Assembly: GCA_964016885.1 (NCBI GenBank)
Contig: OZ024745.1
Coordinates: forward strand, 40,982,001 to 41,046,000
DNA: 64,000 nucleotides
Direction: 5' to 3'
Source of the DNA: Eledone cirrhosa
Taxonomy: Eukaryota
Positions within the stretch are counted from its first letter, which is position 1. The number at the start of each line of letters is the position of its first letter. The translations under genes and the position numbers were made by a program. Under the pieces are notes generated by a model that did not search any database, was not told where the DNA came from, and worked only from the letters and a program-made list of their open reading frames with translations. This document shows positions 29,401 through 42,455 of this stretch, piece by piece.

Positions 29401-32400
29401 TGGGTACCCCGTTTTTTTATGGGGGGGTTCCGTTTTTATTTGGGTGCCCCGTTTTTTATTTGGGTGCCCCGTTTTTTTATGGGGGGGTCCGTTTTTATTT
29501 GGGTGCCCCGTTTTTTATTTGGGTGCCCCGTTTTTTTATGGGGGGGTCCGTTTTTTATTTGGGTGCCCCGTTTTTTATTTGGGTGCCCCTTTTTTTATGG
29601 GGGGGTCCGTTTTTTATTTGGGTGCACCGTTATTTTACGGGTGCTCCGGTTTTTTACGGTGGTCCGTTTTTATTTGGGTGCCCCGTTTGTTATGGGGGGA
29701 TCCGTTTATTATTTGGATGCCCCGTTTTTAATGTGGGCCCGTTTTTTATTTGGGTGCTCCGTTTTTTTATGGGGGGGGGTCAGTTTTTTATTTGGGTGCT
29801 CCGTTTCTAATTTCTGTGCCCCGTTTTTTTATTTGGGTACCCCGTTTCTGATTTGGGTTCCCCGTTTTTTATTTGGGTGCCCCGTTTTTTTATGGTGGTG
29901 TACATTTTTTAATTGGGTGCCCCGTTTTATATTTGGGTCCCCGTTTTTTTATTTGGGTGCACCGTTTTTTATTTGGGTACCCGGTTTTTTATGGTGAGTC
30001 CGTATTTTATTCGTGTGCCCCGTTTTTTATGGGGGGGGGGTCAGTTTTTTATTTGGGTGCCCCGTTTCTAATTTCTGTGCCCCGTTTTTTTAGGAGGAGG
30101 GGCCGTTTTTTATTTGGGTGCCCCGTTTTTTTATGGGGGGGTCCTTTTTTATTTGGGTGCTCCGTTTTTTATGGGGGGGACCATTTTTTATTATGTGCCC
30201 CGTTTTTTTATGGGGGCGTCCCTTTTTTATTTGGGTGCCCCGTTCTTTTATGGGGGTCCGTTTTTTATTTGGGTGCCCCGTTTCTAATTTGCGTGCCCCG
30301 TTTTTTTATTTGTGTGTCCCGTTTCTAATTTGTGTGTCCCGTTTTTTTTATTTGGGTGCCCCGTTTTTTATGGGGGGTTCGTTTTTTATTTGGGTGCCCC
30401 ATTTTTTTTATTTGGGTGCCCCGTATTATATTTGGGTGGCCCCGTTTTTTATTTTGGTGCCCCGTTTTTTATTTGGGTGGCCCATTTTTTTTATTTGGGT
30501 GCCCCGTATTATATTTGGGTGGCCCCGTTTTTTATTTTGGTGCCCCGTTTTTTTATCTGGGTGCCCCTTTTTTTATGGGGGGTTACTTTTTAATTTGGGG
30601 CCCCGTTTTTTATCTGGGTGCCCCGTTTTTATTTGGATGCCCCGTTTTTTATTTTGGTGCCCCGTTTTTTATTTGGGTGGCCCATTTTTTTATTTGGGTG
30701 CTCCGTTTTTTATTTGGGCGGTCCGTCTTTTATTTGGGTGCCCCGTTTTTTTATTTGGGTGGCCCGTTTTTTTATGGGAGGTCCGTTTTTAATTTTCGTG
30801 CCCCGTTTTTTATTTGGGCTCCGTTTTTTATCTGGGTGCCCCTTTTTTTATGGGGGGTTCCTTTTTAATTTGGGTGCCCCGTTTCTAATTTGTGTGCCCC
30901 GTTTTTTTATTTGGGTGTCCCGTATTTTATTTGGGTGCCCGGTTTTTTATTTGGGTGCCCCGTTTTTATTTGGATGCCCCGTTTTTTATTTTGGTGCCCC
31001 GTTTTTTATTTGGGTGGCCCATTTTTTTATTTGGGTGCTCCGTTTTTTATTTGGGCGGCCCGTTTTTTATTTGGGTGCCCCGTTTTTTTATTTGGGTTGC
31101 CCGTTTTTTTATGGGAGGTCCGTTTTTAATTTTGGTGCCCCGTTTTTTATTTGGGTGATCCGTTTTTTATCTGGGTGCCCCTTTTTTTATGGGGGGTTCC
31201 TTTTTAATTTGGGTGCCCCGTTTCTAATTTGTGTGCCCCGTTTTTTTATTTGGGTGCCCCTTTTTTTATTTGGGTGCCCGGTTTTTTATTTTGGTGCCCC
31301 GTTTTATTATGGGGGGTTCGTTTTTTATTTGTGTGTCCCGTTTTTTATTTGGGTGCCCCGTTTTTTATTTGGGTACCCCGTTTCTTATTTGGGTGCCCCG
31401 TTTTTTATTTGGGTGCCCCGTTTTTTATTTGGGTGCCCCGTTTCTTATTTGGGTGCCCCGTTTTTTTATAGGGGGGTCCGTTTTTTATTTGGGTGCCCCG
31501 CTTTTTTATGGGGACGTTCGTTTTTTATTTGGGTGCCCCGTTTTTTTATGGGGTGGTCCGTTTTTTATTTGGGTGCCCCGTTTTTTATTTGGGTGCCCGT
31601 TTTTTTATGGGGGGTCCGTTTTTTACTTGGGTGCCCCGTTTTTTATTTGGATGTCCCGTTTTTTATTTGCGAGCCCCGTTTTTTATTTGGGTGGCCCGTT
31701 CTTTATTTGGGTGCCCCGTTTTTTTAGGGGGGGGGGTCGGTTTTTTACTTGGGTGCCCCGTTTTTTATGAGGGGATTCCGTTTTTTATTTGGATGCCGCG
31801 TTTTTTATTTGGATGCCCCGTTTTTTATTTGGGTACCCCGTTTTTTATTTGGGGAGGTTCGTTTTTTATTTGGGTGCCCCGTTTTATTATGGGGTGCCCC
31901 GTTTTTTATTTGGGTGCCCCGTTTTTTATTTGGGTGCCCCGTTTTTTTAGGGGGGGAGGCCGTTTTTTATTTGGGTGCCCCGTTTTTTTATGGGGTGGTC
32001 CGTTTTTTATTTGTGGGCCCCGTTTTTTATTTGGGTGCCCGTCTTTTTATGGGGGGTCCGTTTTTTATTTGGGTGCCCCGTTTTTTATTTGGATGCCCCA
32101 TTTTTTATTTGGGTGTCTCGTTTTTTATTTGGGTTTATTTGGGTGCCCCGTTTTTTTAGGGGGGTCCGTTTTTTGCTTGGGTGCCCCATTTTTTTATGAG
32201 GGGTTTCCGTTTTTTATTTGGATGCCCCGTTTTCTATTTGGATGCCCCGTTTTTTATTTGGGTGCCCCGTTTTTTATTTGGGTGCGCCGTTTTCTATTTG
32301 GGTGCCCCGTTTTTTTATGGGGGGGGTCCGTTTTTTATTTGGGTCCCCGTTTTTTTATGGGGAGGTTCGTTTTTTATTTGGATGCCCCGTTTTTTATTTG

Positions 32401-35400
32401 GATGCCCCGTTTTTTATTTGGGTGCCCCGTTTTTTATTTGAGTGCCCCGTTTTTTATTTGGGTGTCCCGTTTTTTATGCGGCTTCCGTTTTTTATTTGGG
32501 TGTCCCGTTTTTTATGCGGCTTCCGTTTTTTATTTGGGTGCCCCGTTTTTTAATTGGGTGCCACTTTTTTTATTTGGGTGCCCCGTTTTTTATTTGGGTG
32601 CGCTGTTTTTTATTTGGGTGCCCCGTTTTTTATTTGGGTGCCCCGTTTCTTATTTGGGTGCCCCGTTTTTTTATGGGGATGTTGGTTTTTTATTTGGGTG
32701 CCCCGTTTTTTTATGGGGTGGTCAGTTTTTTATTTGGGTGCCCGTTTTTTATTTGGGTGCCCCGTTTTTTTAGGGGGGAAGGCCGTTTTTTATTTGGGTG
32801 CGACTTTTTTTATGGGGTGGTCCGTTTTTTATTTGGGTGCCTCGTTTTTTATTTGGGTGTCCGTTTTTTTATGGGGGGGGGCGTTTTTTATTTGGGTGCC
32901 CCGTTTTTTATTTGGATGCCCCGTTTTTTTATTTGGGTGCCCCGTTTTTTATTTGGGTGCCCCGTTTTTTTATTTGGGTGCCCGTTTTTTTATTTGGGTG
33001 CACCGTTTTTTATTTGGGTGCACCGTTTTTTATTTGGGTACCCGGTTTTTTATGGTGAGTCCGTATTTTATTCGTGTGCCCCGTTTTTTATGGGGGGGGT
33101 CAGTTTTTTATTTGGGTGCCCCGTTTCTAATTTCTGTGCCCCGTTTTTTTAGGAGGAGGGGCCGTTTTTTATTTGGGTGCCCCGTTTTTTTATGGGGGGG
33201 TCCTTTTTTATTTGGGTGCTCCGTTTTTTATGGGGGGGACCATTTTTTATTATGTGCCCCGTTTTTTTATGGGGGCGTCCCTTTTTTATTTGGGTGCCCC
33301 GTTTTTTTATGGGGGTCCGTTTTTTATTTCGGTGGCCCGTTTCTAATTTGTGTGCCCGGTTTTTTTATTTGGGTGCCCCGTTTCTAATTTGTGTGCCCCG
33401 TTTTTTTATTTGTGTGTCCCGTTTCTAATTTGTGTGTCCCGTTTTTTTTATTTGGGTGCCCCGTTTTTTATGGGGGGTTCGTTTTTTATTTGGGTGCCCC
33501 ATTTTTTTTATTTGGGTGCCCCGTATTATATTTGGGTGGCCCCGTTTTTTATTTTGGTGCCCCGTTTTTTATTTGGGTGGCCCATTTTTTTTATTTGGGT
33601 GCCCCGTATTATATTTGGGTGGCCCCGTTTTTTATTTTGGTGCCCCGTTTTTTATCTGGGTGCCCCTTTTTTTATGGGGGGTTACTTTTTAATTTGGGTG
33701 CCCCGTTTCTAATTTGTGTGCCCCGTTTTTTTATTTGGGTGTCCCGTTTTTATTTGGGTGCCCGGTTTTTTATTTTGGTGCCCCGTTTTATTATGGGGGG
33801 TTGCGTTTTTTATTTGGGTGCCCCGTTTTTTATTTGGGTGCCCCGTTTTTATTTGGATGCCCCGTTTTTTATTTTGGTGCCCCGTTTTTTATTTGGGTGG
33901 CCCATTTTTTTATTTGGGTGCTCCGTTTTTTATTTGGGCGGCCCGTTTTTTATTTGGGTGCCCCGTTTTTTTATTTGGGTGGCCCGTTTTTTTATGGGAG
34001 GTCCGTTTTTAATTTCCGTGCCCCGTTTTTTATTTGGGCTCCGTTTTTTATCTGGGTGCCCCTTTTTTTATGGGGGGTTCCTTTTTAATTTGGGTGCCCC
34101 GTTTCTAATTTGTGTGCCCCGTTTTTTTATTTGGGTGTCCCGTATTTTATTTGGGTGCCCGGTTTTTTATTTGGGTGCCCCGTTTTTATTTGGATGCCCC
34201 GTTTTTTATTTTGGTGCCCCGTTTTTTATTTGGGTGGCCCATTTTTTTATTTGGGTGCTCCGTTTTTTATTTGGGCGGCCCGTTTTTTATTTGGGTGCCC
34301 CGTTTTTTTATTTGGGTTGCCCGTTTTTTTATGGGAGGTCCGTTTTTAATTTTGGTGCCCCGTTTTTTATTTGGGTGATCCGTTTTTATCTGGGTGCCCC
34401 TTTTTTTATGGGGGGTTCCTTTTTAATTTGGGTGCCCCGTTTCTAATTTGTGTGCCCCGTTTTTTTATTTGGGTGCCCCTTTTGTTATTTGGGTGCCCGG
34501 TTTTTTATTTTGGTGCCCCGTTTTATTATGGGGTGTTCGTTTTTTATTTGTGTGTCCCTTTTTTTATTTGGGTGCCCCGTTTTTTATTTGGGTACCCCGT
34601 TTCTTATTTGGGTGCCCCGTTTTTTATTTGGGTGCCCCGTTTTTTATTTGGGTGCCCCGTTTTTTATTTGGGTGCCCCGTTTTTTTATAGGGGGGTCCGT
34701 TTTTTATTTGGGTGCCCCGCTTTTTTATGGGGAGGTTCGTTTTTTATTTGGGTGCCCCGTTTTTTTATGGGGTGGTCCGTTTTTTATTTGGGTGCCCCTT
34801 TTTTTATTTGGGTGCCCGTTTTTTTATGGGGGGTCCGTTTTTTACTTGGGTGCCCCGTTTTTTATTTGGATGTCCCGTTTTTTATTTGCGAGCCCCGTTT
34901 TTTATTTGGGTGGCCCGTTCTTTATTTGGGTGCCCCGTTTTTTTAGGGGGGGGGTCGGTTTTTTACTTGGGTGCCCCGTTTTTTTATGAGGGGATTCCGT
35001 TTTTTATTTGGATGCCGCGTTTTTTATTTGGATGCCCCGTTTTTTATTTGGGTACCCCGTTTTTTATTTGGGGAGGTTCGTTTTTTATTTGGGTGCCCCG
35101 TTTTATTATGGGGTGCCCCGTTTTTTATTTGGGTGCCCCGTTTTTTATTTGGGTGCCCCGCTTTTTTAGGGGGGGAGGCCGTTTTTTATTTGGGCGCCCC
35201 GTTTTTTTATGGGGTGGTCCGTTTTTTATTTGTGGGCCCCGTTTTTTATTTGGGTGCCCGTCTTTTTATGGGGGGTCCGTTTTTTATTTGGGTGCCCCGT
35301 TTTTTATTTGGATGCCCCATTTTTTATTTGGGTGTCTCGTTTTTTATTTGGGTTTATTTGGGTGCCCCGTTTTTTTAGGGGGGGTCCGTTTTTTGCTTGG

Positions 35401-37258
35401 GTGCCCCATTTTTTTATGAGGGGTTTCCGTTTTTTATTTGGATGCCCCGTTTTCTATTTGGATGCCCCGTTTTTTATTTGGGTGCCCCGTTTTTTATTTG
35501 GGTGCGCCGTTTTTTATTTGGGTGCCCCGTTTTTTTTTGGGGGGGGGGTCCGTTTTTTATTTGGGTCCCCGTTTTTTTATGGGGAGGTTCGTTTTTTATT
35601 TGGATGCCCCGTTTTTTATTTGGATGCCCCGTTTTTTATTTGGGTGCCCCGTTTTTTATTTGAGTGCCCCGTTTTTTATTTGGGTGTCCCGTTTTTTATG
35701 CGGCTTCCGTTTTTTATTTGGGTGTCCCGTTTTTTATGCGGCTTCCGTTTTTTATTTGGGTGTCCCGTTTTTTATGCGGCTTCCGTTTTTTATTTGGGTG
35801 CCCCGTTTTTTAATTGGGTGCCACTTTTTTTATTTGGGTGCCCCGTTTCTTATTTGGGTGCCCCGTTTTTTTATGGGGATGTTGGTTTTTTATTTGGGTG
35901 CCCCGTTTTTTTATGGGGTGGTCAGTTTTTTATTTGGGTGCCCGTTTTTTATTTGGGTGCCCCGTTTTTTTAGGGGGGAAGGCCGTTTTTTATTTGGGTG
36001 CGACTTTTCTTATGGGGTGGTCCGTTTTTTATTTGGGTGCCTCGTTTTTTATTTGGGTGTACGTTTTTTTATGGGGGGGGGGCCGTTTTTTATTTGGGTG
36101 CCCCGTTTTTTGTTTGGATGCCCCGTTTTTTTATTTGGGTGCCCCGTTTTTTATTTGGGTGCCCCGTTTTTTTATTTGGGTGCCCGTTTTTTTATGGTGG
36201 AGTTCGTTTTTTATTTGGGTGCACCGTTTCTTTATGGGGTCGTTCGTTTTTTATTTTGGTGCCCCGTTTTTTTATGGGGGCGCCCGTTTTTTTATTTGGG
36301 TGCCCCGTTTTTTATGGGGGGGGGGCGTTTTTTTATTTGGTTGCCCCGTTTTTTTATGGGGAGGTTCGTTTTTTATTTGGGTGTCCCGTTTTTATGAGGT
36401 GGCCGTTTTTTATTTAGGTGCCCCGTTTTTTATTTGGGTGCCCCGTTATTTTATGGGGGCGTCCCTTTTTTTATTTGTTTGCACCGTTTTTTTTATGGGA
36501 GGTCCGTTTTTATTTGGGTGCCCCGTTTTTTATTTGGGTGCCCCGTTTTTTATTTGGGTGCACTGTTTTTTTTATGGTGGGGTTCGTTTTTTATTTGGGT
36601 GCCCCGTTTTTTTATGGGGTCGTTCGTTTTTTATTTGGGTGCCCCGTTTTTTATTTGGGTGCCCCGTATTTTTAGGGGAGGGCCGTTTTTTATTTGGGTT
36701 CCCCGTTTTTTTATGGGGAGGTTCGTTTTTTATTTGGGTGCCCCGTTTTTTATGGGGTGGTCCGTTTTTTATTTGGGTGCCCCGTTTTTTATTTGGGTGC
36801 CCCGTTTTTTATTTGGGTGCCCCGTTTTTTATTTGGGTGCCCCGTATTTTTAGGGGAGGGCCGTTTTTTATTTGGGTGCCCCGTTTTTTTATGGGGGGTC
36901 CGTCTTTTATTTGGGTGCCCCGTTTTTTCATGGGGGTCTGTATTTCATTTGGGTGCCCCGTTTTTTATTTGGGTGCTCCGTTTTTTATTTGGGTGCCCCG
37001 TTTTTTATTTGGGTGCCCCGTTTTTTATGGGGGGGTCCGTTTTTTATTTGGGTGCCCCGTTTTTTATTTCGGTGCCCCGTTTTTTTATTTGGGTGCCCCG
37101 TTTTTTATTTCGATGCCCCGTTTTTTATTTAGGTGCCCCGTTTTTTGTTTGGGTGCCCCGTCTTTTTATTGGGGGTCAGTTTTTTATTTGGGTGCCCCGT
37201 TTTTTATTTGGGTGCCCCGTTTTTATATTTGTGTGCCCCGTTTTTTATTTGGTGCCCC

Positions 37259-37261
<3 letters not shown>
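2468..37261 (+). repeat. ~35-kb satellite array of ~20-bp units (A: TTTTTTATTTGGGTGCCCCG; B: TTTTTTTATGGGGGGTCCG) with higher-order repeats
   Basis: Continuous single-orientation tandem units. Identical ORF translations recur at offsets of 418, 656, 2182 and 2367 bp, and near-identical ones at 468, 869, ~3220 and 3379 bp. Confidence 0.98.
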
Positions 37262-37357
<96 letters not shown>

Positions 37358-38214
37358 GAGAGAGAGATGGATGTAGTATCAGCGGGAATGGTAAATACGT
37401 AAAATAAGTTTCTAGTTAGAAATATTCCAAAATAGGTTTCACTTCTTAGTTAAGTCAAATTTATTTTATTTACTATGTCAAGCTTGAATAACAATTGTAA
37501 ATAATAATTCCATTCGTAACCCATTCCATTCCGTAAAATTTGTTAAATTTGCTTCGGAAGAAAGAAATTCAATAATGTTTGTACTTTATCCTGCAGTCCA
37601 ATTAATTGCTTTTACATGAGCTGAGTTCAACCTGGTCATTTGCAGTTCAGTCTGCTGTCTCCCTGTCAGTTTACTGTTCGCAATGATGTCTACTTTAAGT
37701 AGAAAAGCTTTATACTGCAGGATGATAAAGAGACGTTTGGTAATGTTGAATAGCGATGTATATATGAATGTGCGTATTGTATATTTAATAATATACTGTA
37801 TGTTTATTTAAAAACATTTTTCTTCACAGACAGTTGGTTCCATCTGTTGTGCCAAAAACATTTTCACTCCTGAAAACGTTTGATATATTTATAACCTACC
37901 ATTCCTCATTCTGTTGAGAACTGTGGCCACATCTTTTCTCTTCTGTCTTGATATTTAGAGTCTGGATAAGTTCCAAATAAGCAGCTACAACAATACTGGT
38001 CCTATCTTATGAAGTTAGCGTCAATCATAATCACCCCATCGAAATGTGTGTATTTGCCCTTTTTAGATATTTCCATTGGAATTGTTCTGATAGCATTTCC
38101 TCTTTGTTGCCCCTTTTTTACGAATTAAATCAGCGCACCGGATCTGTAGCTAAGTCTCAGCATTTACAGTTGAATTTAATCAATATAATCGCAAATGTTA
38201 TTGTGATTATTTTT
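37262..38214 (+). repeat. Direct repeat copy 2 (right flank of the satellite array)
   Basis: Matches 1561-2467. ORF 38044 shares its N-terminal ~50 aa with ORF 2297. Confidence 0.95.
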
Positions 38215-38524
38215 CCCTGGCCCATCTCGTTTATAAAATTATTTTCTTGTCTATTGCTTTTTGACCATCTAATTTACTAACAATCAAAAGCTATATCAAT
38301 AGTCATCTCTCTCCCTAAACTATGTTCTCTATTCCTTGTCTCTGTCCCTTCTCAGAAACACCACGCATTTTAAGGTCTTTTTACCATGCTTGGGGTGAGG
38401 AAGAATATGAATAAGATCTCAACACAAATGCATATTACTAATCTTTCACAGAAATTAATGACCCAAGGCCAGTACATATATGCCACAAAATTACACTCAC
38501 GTCTTATAGTTATACGATCATAAC

Positions 38525-38660
38525 GGGGTCATCTTTGGCATTCACCTTTCGGGTTTAGTAAAATAAATACCAGTTAGAGGTGGTAGACTGGCAGAATTGC
38601 TAGAGTATCAAATGGAATTCCTTGGCTTTGTTTTCTAACTTCAAATTCTGTCTAGGTGTT
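38525..38660 (+). mobile_element. Decayed tRNA-SINE fragments
   Basis: CTTTGGCATTCACCTTTCGGGTTTAGTAAAATAAATACCAGT and GGTGGTAGACTGGCAGAAT...TTCAAATTC resemble the body and head of the intact SINE at 62543-62726. Confidence 0.55.
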
Positions 38661-40115
38661 TAAATGTCACAGTTAAGCAGCGTTAATCAGCCGACCACAG
38701 AGTCACACCTCAGAGACACACCTCCTTATCAAAATATGGAGACTGGTTGTGTCTATCTGCTATTTTAATCGAAAGATGATGAGGACAGTGAAGACGGTGA
38801 GGATGACGACAAGGAAGGAGATGATTGTCATGCTGAATATATATTTTTTAAAGTTATTACAACACTTCAATGACGGCTACAAAAATAAAACATCATTATC
38901 TCTAAAATATTTTTCTCCTCAGGTAGTAATTTTAATTCAAAAGATATCAATTCAAATGAAATAAGTAAACAAACCGATTAATATATCTAATACATATATG
39001 TATGTATTAGTTTTTGTATATATGTATGTATGCATGTACGTATGTGCGTGTGTTTATATGTGCGCTACTGTTAAATGAATTGTACGTTTTCTTTAAACAT
39101 ATTTAATGCTTCTGATCTCGAGAACGTTGTGCTGGTATTAGACAGAAATGACCACGTGACTTAGATAAATTCTTAGTTAAATCGTTCTACTCTACTGTAG
39201 TTCCTGAAACACTACATGACAGAATGCTTATAGTCCTTGGTTCGATCTCACTATCCGGTATTTCAGGATATTTATAAGTAATATAGCCTCTGGTTTAGCC
39301 AATGCGTGTGAGTGAAATTGCGTTAATGCATTTATTTGGAATCTAACCAATTGAACTATTTCTATAATTCATAGAGCCAGCCTTTTCACATTGCATCAAG
39401 CGGAATCTTCCTTGAGAAGCACGTTAATTTTAATTGTGTGTGCAAAGTGTTTAACAAATTGCACGAATATTTCACTAATACGCTTGTCTCGTTATCAAAG
39501 AGCTAGAGCACTCATAGTTCGAAGCGAGACAGTTCCATTCAGAACTACGGGAAATTCTATGTGAGAGTTTGACCTGTACGAAATAGCAGCTAAACTTCCC
39601 TGAAATATAAACCTACCATCTAAAGAGGTCAGGACTCTTAAGGTTATGCAGTTTGAGATGAACCCAGAAGTACAGGCTGGAATGTATTTGATTATATGGT
39701 ATAATCGATAAAGCTTAGCCTTCAGTTAAATAACCGCATATACAGTATGTGTAATGTATGTATAATGGGAACGGAAAACAAATCAAGAAACTTTCAGCTA
39801 CACCCCCCCCCCATACACACACACCCCACCCCACCACCACCCACGCACTGCCATGAAAGACTTAATTGTGTTTACAAGAAATGTTGACCAATCCACTTGA
39901 CAACTTCAATCTTCCAATATCAGGAATAACCCCTTGAAAAGGTCGGCTATTTATTTACCACGCTAAAAATTCTAATTTAATCCAGAAATAGCCGTCGAAA
40001 CGGCTTGAGCTCTGCCGTCGGGGTCAGCATTTTTCCTATTACCCATTCTACTACCCCAAGTATTGAGTACTCTTGTGCGTTAATGTCCATATGGTTCCTT
40101 CGCACACTTTCTTCG

Positions 40116-40176
<61 letters not shown>

Positions 40177-42064
40177 TATGTGTATGTACTTGTCTGTAAG
40201 TGTATATGTGTGTGTGTGTGCGTGTGTGTGTGCGTGTGTGTGTATAATCAACTGATAGACATTAAGAATGTTTTTAAGTAAGAAAACTAATGGGAATGTT
40301 ACTTTAAATCTTGCTAGTAATTATATTGCAGTTTTTATTTTCGTTTTTTTTTTAGATGAAAATTGAAACAAACGAAGCAACCACAACAGCTACAACAACA
40401 ACTAACTAAGCCAACAAACAAGCCTGTCCTACGTTTGATTTACAACTGTTATTTTCTAAATTTAGTGGAAAAATTACATAAATAAATAAATGAAATAAAT
40501 AAGTAAATAAATTTTTGAAATTGTATAAATCAATAAATGAAAATATTTTCTTTTCGATTTTTTTTCTTTATTTTATTTGCTTTCTTTATTCTTGTGTTTT
40601 AGGTTGATATTTTTTTTTTTAACATTTTTAAAAGTGAGCGTAATTTCTAAAAAGGTGACACAAAAGATTATAATCATTGATCAAGGTATTAAAATTTTTG
40701 ATTTAGTGATAACTACTTTGGAAGCAATCTGGATGTCTATTGATTAGCGTCCTGTCGGTTGTAGCCCGACATAATTACAAAACAGCAGCAGACTATAAAA
40801 CATTGTAATATTCTATAAAGTTGTTGTATTTGTTGTTTTTACTTGTTTTAATTAAAATTTTCCTTTCAATATTTTAACATTTAAAAATAATATTTCGTTG
40901 TTCTTAAGTTCTTTTATTTTTGTTTCAACTTCATCTTCTCTGTTTCGATTTTTTGTTTGATTGTATCTTTTTTTATATTTGTGTTATTTTTTTTTTTTTT
41001 TTTTTTTCTGTAAAATCATTTTTTCTACATTTGATCATATAATTGCAGAGTATAAAATCTATGGATAATTTATAATTGAAGATAACTTAGAAATCTGGCT
41101 GGAGGGTGTTGGTGGCTGAATTAAATACTAGAATTAAGGCAAAATCTCAAATACTCAGGCACCGAGCGTTTTGCAATCAGAATGCGAAGCCCCACTTTTT
41201 TTGTTTTATTTGAATGACACATGACAGAAAGAAGGAATCTACCAGATTGTTTTATAAGGAATTACTTTCTTACAACTACACAAACTATGATTAGTGTTAG
41301 AATGGTGATTCAACGCACCTCCCACTTGCCTCATGCGTGATAACTCTTTAGCCATTCTACCTGCTATAACCATCATACATCAACCCATAAAATGGATACA
41401 TCTTTACTTATTTACATATCTACCCAAAACTGTATTTACTTCCCAATTTTATAAACAAGGATTATGTTTTTGTTTTTTTATTCCTTTATGTTAATATCAT
41501 TGAACATTTAGTCAGACGGAAATGTTTTTCACTGTCAGAAGGGCTTCTGAGACGACTGGGAAGAGCTATTGTAGGTATACTCAAACCGGAGAACTGTGCC
41601 GAATTCTTGCTGCAGGGGCATCATTTATGGAATTACCCAAGAGCCAAGTGGAGGCTTTAAACCGGGTGGAAGATTACGTCTTTGTAATTGAATGATTTGA
41701 ACTCAGAATGTAAAGATCTCTGATAATGTTTTATACAATTAAACTGAGGATGTAGATCAAAATAACATTTATCGGAAATTAGTTGTCTCTTATCCAAGAA
41801 GAAATACCACATTTTATCATCTTGTATTGATCAGCTGACAGCAATTTATTTTCTTACCTTATCACCTTTGAATAATCATTTATTGCTGTATATTAATGTT
41901 ATGCTTCTAATCTACCCAGGACACGAAAAGGAAACAATTAATGTCCAACGACGAAACAAAGTGTCAAGGAAACATCGTTAAGTTTAAGTTTGTAAGTTTA
42001 TAATTTAGCAGTGATGGTTGTGTAATTTTCCCAATACAACAGCATTATTTAGTTAACATACGGT

Positions 42065-42455
42065 AATTGTTTCTAACATAAGCGCAAGGTCAGAAATTTG
42101 AGATAAGGACAATCGATTATATTAGCTCGAGTACTTGTATAATACTTTTATCGTAACCGGAAGGATGAAACACACAGTTTGAACGGGATTTAAACGCATA
42201 GACCCGTAATAAATACCATAAAGCACTGTACCATTCCACTCTCCATGAACAAGTACTTTATTAATTAGCTCCGAAAGGAGGAAAGGGAAATTTCGTCTAA
42301 ATAGTATATGGCCTAATATCGTATCGAGATAAAATAAATATTATGACATTTAATCCAACTCTGTTCAGACGGTGAGAGTTGTTAGAATGTAAAAGCCCGC
42401 GACAAATATCACAAGACATTTTGTCTGATGCTCTACGGATTCTACCAATCCTTCA
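42065..42455 (-). mobile_element. Cluster of decayed SINE copies
   Basis: AATTGTTTCTAACATAAGCGCAAGG...TACTTTTATCGTAACCGGAAGGATGAAA and AGTACTTTATT...CCGAAAGGAGGAAAGG match the 62543-62726 SINE in the same orientation. Confidence 0.6.

Noticed and set aside
2468-37261. CRISPR-like alternation of a constant unit with variable units, or a telomeric repeat
   Set aside because: The variable units are mutated monomers rather than unique spacers, there are no cas genes, and there is no TTAGGG-type array.
2297-37407. Hundreds of F/G/P/W-rich ORFs up to 646 aa
   Set aside because: They are translations of the 20-bp satellite. The A-poor strand rarely forms stop codons and all three frames give the same rotating peptide.
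38772-38835. Acidic stretch (DDEDSEDGEDDDKEGDD) as a possible exon
   Set aside because: It is consistent with a decayed (GAT/GAC)n repeat, with no clear splice sites or neighbouring exons.
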